NCBI GenBank assembly: GCA_041485285.1
Contig: JBGPJF010000001.1
Coordinates: forward strand, 17,669 to 81,668
Reading direction: 5' to 3'
DNA length: 64,000 nt
Origin: Thermoplasmata archaeon
Lineage (GTDB): Archaea > Thermoplasmatota > DTKX01 > DATEUP01
Shown here: one piece after another, positions 1-8,615 of the stretch
Layout of the letters: each line of letters opens with the position of its first letter
How positions within the stretch are numbered: position 1 is the stretch's first letter
The notes under the pieces: model-generated
What the model was told of the DNA's origin: nothing
Database searches by the model: none
What the model saw: only the letters and a program-made list of their open reading frames with translations
Made by a program: the position numbers and the translations under genes

Positions 1-764
1 TTCCTCGTCGATCGCCCACCCGTAGGCGTCGAAGAGCGCATGGTGGTTCGCGCAGAGGAGCATTCCATTTCGGACGTCCACGGAAGTCCCTCGTTTGTTG
101 GCCGGAATGATGTGTGCCGCCTCGAGGCCGACCATCCGCGGCCCGATGTGAAAGCCGATGTCGCAGGCGGCGCAGCGCTCACGGTAGGCAATGCGCACCT
201 CTTGGGTGAATCGGGCGCTCCGGACCTGCCGCTCCGTTTTGGAGACTCGCTTGTCCTCGAACGCGATGAAGGGGATGTTCTCCTCCTTCGTGGGGGGCTT
301 TTGGGGATCCATCGGGAGTCCGCGCAAGTGGAAGTGGTCGTCGTCGTACCCTTCGACAAGGGCCAACCCGAGAACCTCGTAAGCCGCCTTGCCGCCCACC
401 GCCGGTGCCTGCCTGAGGACGGCAATCGGCACCTCGTCGTCCATGTTTCGCTTGAGCCCTTTGTTGGTCGGGAGATTCATGTCGGGTTTTCCGCCACGGC
501 CCTCAGGCGAGTATCGATACGACCACGTCCCGTCGGCGGCGTTTCGCTCTGGCTCCTGGTCTGGATACGGGCCGTTCATCGTCTCGCGAACCCAAAGCGC
601 GTGGCTTGACCCCGATGGCTTGTAGATGCCCATCTGAGCCTTGAATCCGTCAAGTTCCTCGCGCAGTTTTTCGCTGGTGAGCGTTTCGCCAATATGCGCG
701 CGGAGCCAAAGAAGTTGGAGCCGGTGGCGATTGTCCTTCACTTTGTCGACTGGGTCGGGCATTT
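1..764 (-). CDS. HNH endonuclease, partial (continues past the left edge). A roughly 200-aa N-terminal domain of unknown type could be a modified-DNA reader.
   Basis: Manual translation of the minus strand from ATG at 764: MPDPVDKVKDNRHRLQLL...CAACDIGFHIGPRMVGLEAAHIIPANKRGTSVDVRNGMLLCANHHALFDAYGWAIDEE. The C-terminal C-x2-C...H...N...H-H pattern is typical of the McrA-like HNH motif. No in-window stop explains why it is absent from the ORF track. Confidence 0.55.
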
Positions 765-830
765 GCGCGCCCAAGATTGCCGCCGGCGCCGAATGAAGCT
801 ATGGGTGGCGGGGGCCCGCCAAGACGGACG

Positions 831-1127
831 CTACGGACCGCGCTCCGGAACGATTGACCGCTGATGAGACACTCTTGCGCCGCTGAAGCGGAACTTCATG
901 AGGTGGATGCGGCTCCTGGGTGCGGTGATTCCTTGCTCCGTTGCCCAAATCGTGACGATGGAAAGCACACCGCTCCAGAAAAAAACGAGTTCGTGTTGCT
1001 CGCGCTCGTTCGAGTGGGGCCGGAGTTTGGGTTCAAGCGTGTTCAGAACCACTTTCTCGACGACGTTCTGTGCTGGACATGCGGCGAACCCGCCGATGGC
1101 GTGCGAGATTGGCCGTGACAAATTCAC
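831..1127 (-). CDS. Hypothetical small protein of 98 aa with a GTG start. It may be spurious.
   Basis: Open frame between the HNH gene and the leuD fragment. Third-position GC is lower than in the core genes. No recognisable motif. Confidence 0.2.
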   Translation of the reverse strand: MNLSRPISHAIGGFAACPAQNVVEKVVLNTLEPKLRPHSNEREQHELVFFWSGVLSIVTIWATEQGITAPRSRIHLMKFRFSGARVSHQRSIVPERGP

Positions 1128-1546
1128 GCCGCCCGCGCCGCCAGCGTCGTCTGCGTGACCTCAACCAGCCCGCCCTGCTTCAGGATGTGCTGGATGTTCG
1201 GAGGCAGGGCCTCGGCCTTGCGGCTCTTGCCGCTCGTCACGTTCTTCACGACGCCCGAGTCGATGTCGGCCTCGAGCTCGTCGCCGTCCTTGAAGGCCGC
1301 ATGGATCCCCCGGCACACCATCACCGGCAGCGCGATCTTGATCGCGTTGCGGAAGAAGATCGGGGCGAAGGGCGCCGGGGGCCCTACGCAAGTCCGACGG
1401 CGGTGATCTAGACCGGCCACGACGCGTGCGAGGCCCAGGTGGGCCTCGGCTGAGCACCAGATTCTGTGGTAGTCGTAATTACCACGGAATCGAATCTGTG
1501 TTAAGCACACCCGCCACAGATTCGGCGCAGGCTCGCTGAAAGTCAC
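1124..1546 (-). pseudogene. Chimeric ORF whose last ~83 codons duplicate the 3' end of leuD, making it a leuD 3' fragment.
   Basis: The C-terminal ...IFFRNAIKIALPVMVCRGIHAAFKDGDELEADIDSGVVKNVTSGKSRKAEALPPNIQHILKQGGLVEVT aligns residue-for-residue with the LeuD C-terminus encoded at 1647..1900. The nucleotide similarity spans about 1115-1360 versus about 1635-1895. Confidence 0.55.
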
Positions 1547-1646
1547 CCATGGTTGCCCGGCCTGTCGAGAGTGGCTGCCCCGATCTGGTACCAGCGCACG
1601 AGGTCTTGCTGAACCCGCCGCGGGCCGTGCGCCCCCCCCATAGGGC

Positions 1647-2186
1647 TCAAGCGCGGGCGGCGCTTGCGGCCGCCAACTTCATCCTCGTAACCTCAACGAG
1701 CCCGCCCTGCTTCAGGATGTGCTGGATGTTCGGCGGCAGCGCTTCGGCCTTGAGGCTCTTGCCGGTCGTGACGTTTTTCACAACGCCCGTGTCGATGTCC
1801 ACCTCAAGCTCGTCCCCGTCCTTGAACGCGGCGTGGATCCCCGGGCACACCATCACGGGCAGCGCGATGTTGATCGCGTTGCGGAAGAAGATCCGTGCGA
1901 AGCTCTCGGCGAGCACGACCGAGATCCCGACGGCCTTGATCGACACGGGCGCCGACTCGCGCGAGGAGCCGCAGCCGAAGTTGTGGCCCCCGACGATGAC
2001 ATCACCCGCTTTCGCCTTCTTCGTGGCCCAGTCGGGGTCGTAGCCCTCAAGGCAGTGCTTGGCCAGCTCCGTCCGGTCGAGCACCGTGAGGTACTTGCCC
2101 GGCATGATCTGGTCCGTGTCGATGTTGTCGCCGAGGAGGTGGACACGGCCCCTGTACTGAATCTGGAACTTCGACTCGTCGGCCAT
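1647..2186 (-). CDS. leuD: 3-isopropylmalate (or homoaconitate) dehydratase small subunit
   Basis: The LLGDNIDTDQIMP...GGHNFGCGSSRE motifs of the LeuD/aconitase swivel domain. A 7-bp gap separates it from the upstream leuC. Confidence 0.85.
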   Translation of the reverse strand: MADESKFQIQYRGRVHLLGDNIDTDQIMPGKYLTVLDRTELAKHCLEGYDPDWATKKAKAGDVIVGGHNFGCGSSRESAPVSIKAVGISVVLAESFARIFFRNAINIALPVMVCPGIHAAFKDGDELEVDIDTGVVKNVTTGKSLKAEALPPNIQHILKQGGLVEVTRMKLAAASAARA

Positions 2187-2195
2187 CGTGCCACC

Positions 2196-3488
2196 TCACA
2201 CTGCGGGGACCACGACGCGCTTCTTGAGCTTGCGCGGGTCGGTGATTTCGCCGTAAAGCGCCGAGGCCGCAACGACAGCGGGCGATGCGAGGTACACCTG
2301 GCTCTCGCGGTGGCCCATTCGCCCGGGGAAGTTGCGGTTCGAACTGGAGATCGCGACTTCGGTCTTGCCGATCTTGCCGATGTGGCCGCCAAAGCACGCG
2401 GAGCACGACGACTCGGTGAAAACGGCGCCGGCGTCCACGAAGATCTGCACGAGCCCCTCCTTGAGCGCCTGGTTGTAGATGGAGGTCGACGCCGGAGAGA
2501 TGAGGACGCGGCAGCCGGGCGCGACGGTCTCGCCCTTGAGGAACGCCGCGGTGATGCGCAGGTCTTCGATGCGTGCGTTCGTGCACGAGCCGACGAAGGC
2601 CTGGTCGAGCTTGACGCCGACGACTTCGCTGATGTCCTTGACCTTGTCCGGCGAATTGGGGCAGGCAAGCTGCGGCTCCATGCCCGTGACATCGAACTCG
2701 ACCTCTTCTTGAAACACGGCGTCTTCGTCGGAGACCGGGAACGGGTCGGCCATCTCGCGCCGGTAGCGGCCCCTCAGGTAGTCGCGGACGATCTTGTCGC
2801 CGGCGATGATGCCCGTCTTGGCGCCAAGCTCCGTAGTCATGTTGCAGATCGTGAGCCGGTCGTAGACGGGCATCCGCTTGATCGTCTCCCCCGTGAACTC
2901 GAGGGCTTTGTAGCGGCCGCCTTCGCAGGTGAGGAGCTTCGCGGTGCGAAGGATGACATCCTTCGCGTAGACGTGCTCGCCGAGCTTGCCCGAGATTTCG
3001 ATCTTGAAGTTCGTGGGCACGCGCATCCACAGCTCGCCGGTCGCCCATACCGATGCGATCTCCGTGGGCCCCACGCCCGCGGCGAACGCGCCAAGCCCGC
3101 CGCCCATGTTCGTGTGCGAGTCGGAGCCGATGATGACATCGCCGGGGCCTTCCCAGCCCTCTTCCGCGAGCATCTGGTGGCAGATGCCGTGGCGGCCGAT
3201 GTCGTAGAAGTGCTTGATCCCGACTTCCTTGACGAACTTACGGATGTCCACATGCATCTGCACCGCGCCGTCGGTGGAGGCCGGCACCCAGTGGTCGAGG
3301 ACGACCATCACGCGCTCGGGGTCCCAGACCTTGGTCGCGCCCATCTTGCGGAACTGCGGCGCGGCCTGCGCGGTGGCCTCGTGGCCCATCGCGGTGTCGA
3401 CCCGGACATCGAGGATGTCGCCCGGCTTCACATGCGTTTTGCCCGAGTGGGACGCGAGAATCTTCTCGGCGAGCGTCATTCCAGCCAT
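2196..3488 (-). CDS. leuC: 3-isopropylmalate (or homoaconitate) dehydratase large subunit
   Basis: Aconitase-family large subunit of 430 aa, with GSCTNARIEDL and SSSNRNFPGRMG motifs and Fe-S cysteine ligands. Confidence 0.9.
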   Translation of the reverse strand: MAGMTLAEKILASHSGKTHVKPGDILDVRVDTAMGHEATAQAAPQFRKMGATKVWDPERVMVVLDHWVPASTDGAVQMHVDIRKFVKEVGIKHFYDIGRHGICHQMLAEEGWEGPGDVIIGSDSHTNMGGGLGAFAAGVGPTEIASVWATGELWMRVPTNFKIEISGKLGEHVYAKDVILRTAKLLTCEGGRYKALEFTGETIKRMPVYDRLTICNMTTELGAKTGIIAGDKIVRDYLRGRYRREMADPFPVSDEDAVFQEEVEFDVTGMEPQLACPNSPDKVKDISEVVGVKLDQAFVGSCTNARIEDLRITAAFLKGETVAPGCRVLISPASTSIYNQALKEGLVQIFVDAGAVFTESSCSACFGGHIGKIGKTEVAISSSNRNFPGRMGHRESQVYLASPAVVAASALYGEITDPRKLKKRVVVPAV

Positions 3489-3584
3489 TCTGATTGCCTA
3501 CTTGCCAGGGGTGATTCTTGAGGCCTGTTTTTGGCACAACGCTTGTCGCTTAAGTAATCTGCCCCAAAGGGAAAAAACGCCTGG

Positions 3585-3746
3585 CTAGACCGCCTTGATT
3601 TTCTTCTTGACTTCCGCCTCACCGATGGTCTGCCCGTGCTTCTTCCTTACAAGCAAGGTGGACAACTCCACGACCTCGCCCTCGTCGTGGCTGCCGATGA
3701 GGACACCGCAGTCGCGCTCCAACTTGAGCGTCTGCGCTGGCTTCAC
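3585..3746 (-). CDS. Hypothetical small protein of about 53 aa with a GTG start
   Basis: Manual translation gives VKPAQTLKLERDCGVLIGSHDEGEVVELSTLLVRKKHGQTIGEAEVKKKIKAV. It is immediately downstream of the FAD-oxidase stop and below the ORF-track size cutoff. Confidence 0.25.
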   Translation of the reverse strand: MKPAQTLKLERDCGVLIGSHDEGEVVELSTLLVRKKHGQTIGEAEVKKKIKAV

Positions 3747-3759
3747 CCCACGGCCCCCG

Positions 3760-5199
3760 TCAGTCGGCCGGCTTGATGTTCTGGTTCGCCCGGAAGAAGT
3801 TTACGGGGTCCCACTTCTTCTTGACGCTGCGCAGCCGCGCGTGGCTCTCCTTGTAGGCGTCGCCCATCCGCGACTGCACTTCGTCCTCGGTCAGGAAATT
3901 CACATACACGCCTCCCGTCGAGAATGGCCGAATGGCCGTCCACGTTTCGCGCGCCCACGCGATGTTGGGGTCGCCGAGGCCTTCGTCCCAGGCCGCTTGG
4001 ATGTTGAGGTTGAAGGCTGCATCGCGGTTGCCCACGGCCGTGGCGTCGGCGGGAAATTCCGCGATGGCGCCGCCAACCTGGAAGAAGGCCATCAGGCAGT
4101 GCGGCGTGGGGACGAGCTTTGCGCGTTCCAGGAACTTCTCGACGAGGCCGTCGGAGATCTCGGCCACCCACTCGGACTTCCAGTAGTAGTGGCGGCCGTT
4201 CGGCTGCGTGCCGTCGAGCAGCATCTGGAGGTCGGCGTAGTTGCGCTCCATCAGGATGTCCGCGACGGGCTTGCCAAACGCCTTGAGGGGCGCGAGGTCC
4301 TTGACCGCGGCGTCGAGCGAGCCTGTGTGGCAGGCGAGAATCCCGGCCACGAGCTTGCCGTGCCAGTCCTTGGGCACCCACGGTGCCGGCGGTGCCCTTC
4401 GGGCGAGGAACACGAGCGTGAGCTCGCGCGGAGCCTTGGCGGCCATCTCGCGGTAGAACTGTAGGACTTCCTTCGCATGTTCGAAGGAATAGAGCATGAT
4501 GCCGCCCCACACGCGGGGACCCACATGGTGGAGCTTGAACTCGAACGAGGTAACGACACCGTAATTCCCGCCGCCGCCCCGCACGCCCCAAAAGAGGTCG
4601 GCGTTTTCGCTCTCGCTTGCGCGGACGACGCGGCCGTCGGCGGTGACCACCTCAGCCGATAGCAGGTTGTCGGAGGCCCACCCGTACTTGCGCGTGAGGT
4701 AGCCGAACCCGCCCCCGAGGGTGAGGCCCGCGAGCCCCGTCAGGGATACGAACCCCATGACCGTTGCAAGGCCGTGGACCTGCGTCTCACGGTCGAGGTT
4801 CCCCAGCGTGCACCCGGCCTGGGCCGTGGCGCGCTTTCCAGCGACATCCACGACGACGCCCTTCATCGCGGTGAGGTCGATCATGATTGCGTCGTCCCAC
4901 ACCGCCATGCCGGCGATGTTGTGGCCGCCGGCGCGAACGCAGATCAAGAAATTGGATTCTCGCGCGAACCGCACGGTTTCGAGTACGTCGGCCGTGCCGG
5001 AGGCCCTCACGACGAGCGTGGGCTTGCGGTCGATCATCCCGTTCCAGATGGAGCGGGACTGCGCGTAGGCGGGGTCGGAGGGCAAAAGCACGGGGCCACG
5101 CACGCGCGCGCGCAGCTTGGCAAGGGCCGCGTCGTCCAAGGTGGTCGTCGAGCCGTCGAGTGTCTTTACACGGATTCCTGAAACTTGCGCCGTTGACAT
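3760..5199 (-). CDS. FAD-linked oxidase (PCMH-type FAD-binding, BBE-like C-terminus)
   Basis: SGTADVLETVRFARESNFLICVRAGGHNIAG FAD-binding signature. A TATA-like cccttatacg lies about 30 bp upstream of the internal ATG (MSTAQ), so the start is placed at 5199 rather than the GTG at 5223. Confidence 0.8.
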   Translation of the reverse strand: MSTAQVSGIRVKTLDGSTTTLDDAALAKLRARVRGPVLLPSDPAYAQSRSIWNGMIDRKPTLVVRASGTADVLETVRFARESNFLICVRAGGHNIAGMAVWDDAIMIDLTAMKGVVVDVAGKRATAQAGCTLGNLDRETQVHGLATVMGFVSLTGLAGLTLGGGFGYLTRKYGWASDNLLSAEVVTADGRVVRASESENADLFWGVRGGGGNYGVVTSFEFKLHHVGPRVWGGIMLYSFEHAKEVLQFYREMAAKAPRELTLVFLARRAPPAPWVPKDWHGKLVAGILACHTGSLDAAVKDLAPLKAFGKPVADILMERNYADLQMLLDGTQPNGRHYYWKSEWVAEISDGLVEKFLERAKLVPTPHCLMAFFQVGGAIAEFPADATAVGNRDAAFNLNIQAAWDEGLGDPNIAWARETWTAIRPFSTGGVYVNFLTEDEVQSRMGDAYKESHARLRSVKKKWDPVNFFRANQNIKPAD

Positions 5200-5371
5200 C
5201 TTCTCAAATCCCGCGCCCGCCACGCGCCGACGCTACGCCTGAAAAGGCCCACCGCACGTATAAGGGGGTTTGTCACGCCCCGTGGGGCGGTCCGTCAGAT
5301 TCTGTGCGGCGGGGCCCTGCCCGTGCTCTTTGCTCGCCTCGACCCGCGGCAGGCCAAGCAGCGCGAGGGCT

Positions 5372-5518
5372 TCAGTCGTCGGTCATCATGCCGTTCGCGG
5401 CATCGAGCGTGAGTTCCTGCTTGTGCTTGTCGCGGACGTGCGCGACGGCGAAGTACGCGACTTCCTTGTGGTCGTGGCTCTTCACAACGAATCCGCAGGT
5501 GCAGATGATCTTCTTCAT
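5372..5518 (-). CDS. DUF1059-like small metal-binding protein
   Basis: MKKIICTCGFVVKSHDHKEVAYFAVAHVRDKHKQELT matches the DUF1059 pattern (C-x-C...H). The longer ORF N-terminus looks like non-coding readthrough. Confidence 0.45.
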   Translation of the reverse strand: MKKIICTCGFVVKSHDHKEVAYFAVAHVRDKHKQELTLDAANGMMTDD

Positions 5519-5680
5519 TCCGGTAGTGGTGGCGACAGTTTTGTCCAGGGGAATCCCTCGGCCTGGGGGCGGCGTGTTGGCTTTTAAGGGCGCCTCCCCG
5601 AGTCTTGGGCGGTGAGAGGGACGCGGGGTGCGGGTTCCGTCCTGCCCACCGTACATCCTCGCCGCTAAGAGCGTCACCCT

Positions 5681-6124
5681 TCATGGGATTCCAAGGGCGG
5701 CAATCACCTCAGCGGTGGTCACGACTGGCACGGGCGCCTTTGCAAGGAGCTCCTTGTCCTGCGTCCACAGGGTAGCGCTAAGCGCGAGCGCCGCGGCCAC
5801 ATAGGGGGCATCGAGCGGATTGCCTTTGCCCAAGATTGCCTCCGCTTGCGCCAATCGCTTGCGGATAATCGCCAGGGGGACCTCGCCGATCCGGTCGCGC
5901 AGCGCATCGAGAAGGAGATCGAAGGCGGCTTCCGTCGCCCTGCTCTTGGCCAGCAGGTGCGCTCGGTTCCGATCAAACTCCGACCACATCGTCGCGGGGG
6001 TGTAGAGGTCGAGTCCGCCGTAGAGCAGCAAGCGCCGCGTTGTCCCGTCGCGCAGGAGCGCGCCAAAGAGGATGTTGGCGTCCACGACGACGCGCCCGTC
6101 GAGTCGGGGGTGGCGGGCCGTCAT
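5681..6124 (-). CDS. vapC: PIN-domain toxin
   Basis: MTARHPRLDGRVVVDANILFGALL... has a PIN-domain N-terminus. Its ATG overlaps the stop of the upstream antitoxin as ATGA. Confidence 0.7.
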   Translation of the reverse strand: MTARHPRLDGRVVVDANILFGALLRDGTTRRLLLYGGLDLYTPATMWSEFDRNRAHLLAKSRATEAAFDLLLDALRDRIGEVPLAIIRKRLAQAEAILGKGNPLDAPYVAAALALSATLWTQDKELLAKAPVPVVTTAEVIAALGIP

Positions 6125-6345
6125 GCCTTTCGGACTTCGCGCAGCAGGCGTTCCTTCGCCCTTCGCGTGAGGCGGTCGACGTCGGCTTGGGTGAGCTCCG
6201 ACGCGGCGAAGGCGGCGTCGATCGCGTGGAGTTCGCGTAGCCTGCGGCGGATCGCTTGGCGCGCCACCTCGCTCCACCCGATCTCGGGGTGGGCTTTGAC
6301 CCAACGGGCGGTCTCCTCGTCGAGCGCGAGGGTGATATTGGGCAT
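6121..6345 (-). CDS. vapB: VapB-type antitoxin (RHH/CopG-like)
   Basis: 74 aa, MPNITLALDEETARWVKAHPEIGWSEVARQAIRRRLRELH. It overlaps vapC by 4 bp. Confidence 0.6.
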   Translation of the reverse strand: MPNITLALDEETARWVKAHPEIGWSEVARQAIRRRLRELHAIDAAFAASELTQADVDRLTRRAKERLLREVRKA

Positions 6346-6354
6346 GAATGCGGA

Positions 6355-6372
6355 ATATGTGAACTCACATAT
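6355..6372. promoter_or_regulatory. Palindrome ATATGTGA-N2-TCACATAT about 10 bp upstream of the vapB start, a candidate autoregulatory operator and TATA region.
   Basis: 8-bp arms read directly in the sequence. Confidence 0.4.
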
Positions 6373-6416
6373 CTAGGCTCGCTCCAAAAGACGGGAGAGC
6401 GGCCGTCGCGAGCCCC

Positions 6417-6857
6417 TCACGGCGCCGTCTTCTGCAGCCTTGAAGCCTCAAGGAGGATCCTCGACACCTCGACCGCCTGCTCGCTGAAGAACTTCAACTC
6501 CTCCGACCGCGGCTGGCCGGGGAAGGTCAACTTCGCTACCTGCTCGGCGTATTCGCCCGCGACGTCGAACGGCGCATCGAGCCCTTGCGCGTGCCCGGTG
6601 AGCACGGCCCCGATGTAGCGCGACAGCTTGACTTCGCACTCCGCGATGGCGGCGCGCATCTCCACGTACTCCCGCACCGGCGAGGGGTTGGGCGGCACGC
6701 GCCCCGTGTGCTCCTCCCACCGGTTGCGCAGCCGCTCGACGTCGTTGCTGCGCTGTTCGCCCGGGCTGCGGGCCGCCTTCTGCCGGAAGAGCGCCATCCG
6801 GGGCCCCATACCGCTGGTGCTTAATGCCAACTTTGCCTGGGTGCTCCCAAGATGCAA
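6417..6857 (-). CDS. Hypothetical protein, possibly HEPN-like
   Basis: 146-aa ORF with an ...ERLRNRWEEH... R-x(4-6)-H pattern. There is no adjacent nucleotidyltransferase partner. The call is weak. Confidence 0.35.
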   Translation of the reverse strand: MHLGSTQAKLALSTSGMGPRMALFRQKAARSPGEQRSNDVERLRNRWEEHTGRVPPNPSPVREYVEMRAAIAECEVKLSRYIGAVLTGHAQGLDAPFDVAGEYAEQVAKLTFPGQPRSEELKFFSEQAVEVSRILLEASRLQKTAP

Positions 6858-6933
6858 GTCCCGGCGCGCCGCGACGCCGGCAACGCCCGGGTCCTGCGCT
6901 GAACCTTCCGGCGACCGGTCTCCGCTGAGGCGC

Positions 6934-8229
6934 TCACGGCGCGCGCTTGATGCCGGCCTTCGCGGCCAGCTGCCAGAATTCCTTGTCCGACACGCCGCGG
7001 CGCAGGTGCTCGCGTTCGTGGTACTCCGCGATGTACTCCGCGTAATCGGACTTCGTCTTGCCCTCCGCTGCCACCTTGATGAGGTCTGTGAGCTCCTTGA
7101 CCTGCTCCTGGGTCGCGGCGACCTTGTTGTCCTTGAGCTTCTCCTCGACGGAGGTCGTGCCCGTGTGCTTGCCGAACACGAACTCCCGCTTGCGCCCGAT
7201 CATCTCAGGCATGATCGGCTCGTAGGTCAGCGTGTGCTTCAGGATGCCGTGGGTGTGGATGCCCGACTCGTGGCTGTAGGCGTTCGTCCCGACGAGCGGC
7301 TTCTGCGTCCCAAGAGGGATGCCCGTAAGCTCCTCGAGGCGCTTGGAGACCGCGTAGACCTTCTCGATCTTGATGCCCGTGTCCTTGCCATAGAGCACCT
7401 CGAGGGCCATGATCATCTCCTCCAGCGAGGCGTTCCCCGCGCGCTCGCCGATCCCGTTGATGCAGCCGTGGGGGATCTCGACGCCCTCTTCGACGGCCGC
7501 AAGCGAGTTGGCGACCGCCATCCCGAAGTCATTGTGGCCGTGCCACGAGAGCTGGACGGGCTTGACGCGCTTCTTGAACTCGCGGACGAACCACTTGGTC
7601 GTCGAGGGGGTACACACGCCCACCGTGTCGCAGATGACCGCGCGCTTGGCCCCCGCGTCGATCGCGGCATTGTAGAGCTCGCCCACGAAGTCGAGGTCGG
7701 CGCGGACGGTGTCCTCCGTCACGAAGCAGGCCGCGATGCCACGCTCCTTGGCGTACTCGAGGGACGAGACGGCGGCCTCGATGCACTGGCTGCGGGTCAT
7801 CTGCAGCTTGTACTTCAGGTGGAGGTCGGAGACGGCGATGAAGATGGAGGTCTCCTGGGCACCCGCCTCCACGCAGGCGTCGATGTCCCCCTTGCGGGCG
7901 CGCGAGGCGGCCAGGATGACCGTGTTGTGCGTCCCTTCCTTGGCGATCGCCTTGCAGGCCTCGAACTCCTTCTTCGAGACCACGGGGATCCCGACGTCCA
8001 TGATCGCGACGCCCAGGTCGTCAAGCATCTTGGCGATCTCGACTTTTTCCTCGACGGTGAAAAATAGCCCGGGGGTTTGCTCGCCGTCGCGCAGGGTCTC
8101 GTCCCAGAAAAGCACCTTCTGCGGGAGGTTTTGGTGGGCCGCTTGGTCGAACACATAGTTGCGGACGAGCGGCTTGCCGTCCTCATCGAGGGGGGTCAGC
8201 CTGCTGCGGATGTTCGAAGCCACGGGCAC
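6934..8229 (-). CDS. 2-isopropylmalate synthase / homocitrate synthase / citramalate synthase family (DRE-TIM metallolyase). Short form lacking the LeuA C-terminal regulatory domain.
   Basis: LFWDETLRDGEQTPG and WHGHNDFGMAVANSLAAVEEG...HGCINGIGERAGNASLEE motifs. It is 431 aa. Confidence 0.85.
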   Translation of the reverse strand: MPVASNIRSRLTPLDEDGKPLVRNYVFDQAAHQNLPQKVLFWDETLRDGEQTPGLFFTVEEKVEIAKMLDDLGVAIMDVGIPVVSKKEFEACKAIAKEGTHNTVILAASRARKGDIDACVEAGAQETSIFIAVSDLHLKYKLQMTRSQCIEAAVSSLEYAKERGIAACFVTEDTVRADLDFVGELYNAAIDAGAKRAVICDTVGVCTPSTTKWFVREFKKRVKPVQLSWHGHNDFGMAVANSLAAVEEGVEIPHGCINGIGERAGNASLEEMIMALEVLYGKDTGIKIEKVYAVSKRLEELTGIPLGTQKPLVGTNAYSHESGIHTHGILKHTLTYEPIMPEMIGRKREFVFGKHTGTTSVEEKLKDNKVAATQEQVKELTDLIKVAAEGKTKSDYAEYIAEYHEREHLRRGVSDKEFWQLAAKAGIKRAP

Positions 8230-8615
8230 CCTCCTCAGTGGGGTTTTGAGGCTACGGCAGATAGAAAATGGTATTGTAGCAGGGTCGGCGAACCGGCCGC
8301 CATTCCGAGCGGAATGCGGGGAGGGGGGGAGCGCCTCCCAGGGTGGCCACCCGGGGGGGAGGGGGCCTTAACCCCGGCTTGTCGCGCCGGAGGGGACGAA
8401 AGGGGAGATCTCGCCGCGCGCAGGCGCCGATTCGGGGCGGCGCCGCGGTCCCAAAAAACTCCACCGGAAATGGAGGTTGGGGACCCGCCCGGATGCCATT
8501 GTCCGAATCCGGACAATTATGTCCAGGTGTTGATTCAATCAGAACATCACGTTTAACTCCTCAGCACCACTCGCCAACGCTTGCGCGTAAGATCAACGCG
8601 CGGAAACCCCAGGCA

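Noticed and set aside
1719-3521. 600-aa + strand ORF
   Set aside because: It is antisense to leuD/leuC, which are strongly supported. High-GC antisense frames routinely stay open, and its composition is Arg/Ala/Gly-rich with no motif.
3595-4464. 289-aa + ORF, and 3743..4591 minus-strand alternative frame
   Set aside because: Both overlap the well-supported FAD-oxidase gene in other frames, with low-complexity R/G/P-rich translations.
6628-8067. 479-aa + ORF
   Set aside because: Antisense to the IPMS-family synthase gene, with no motifs.
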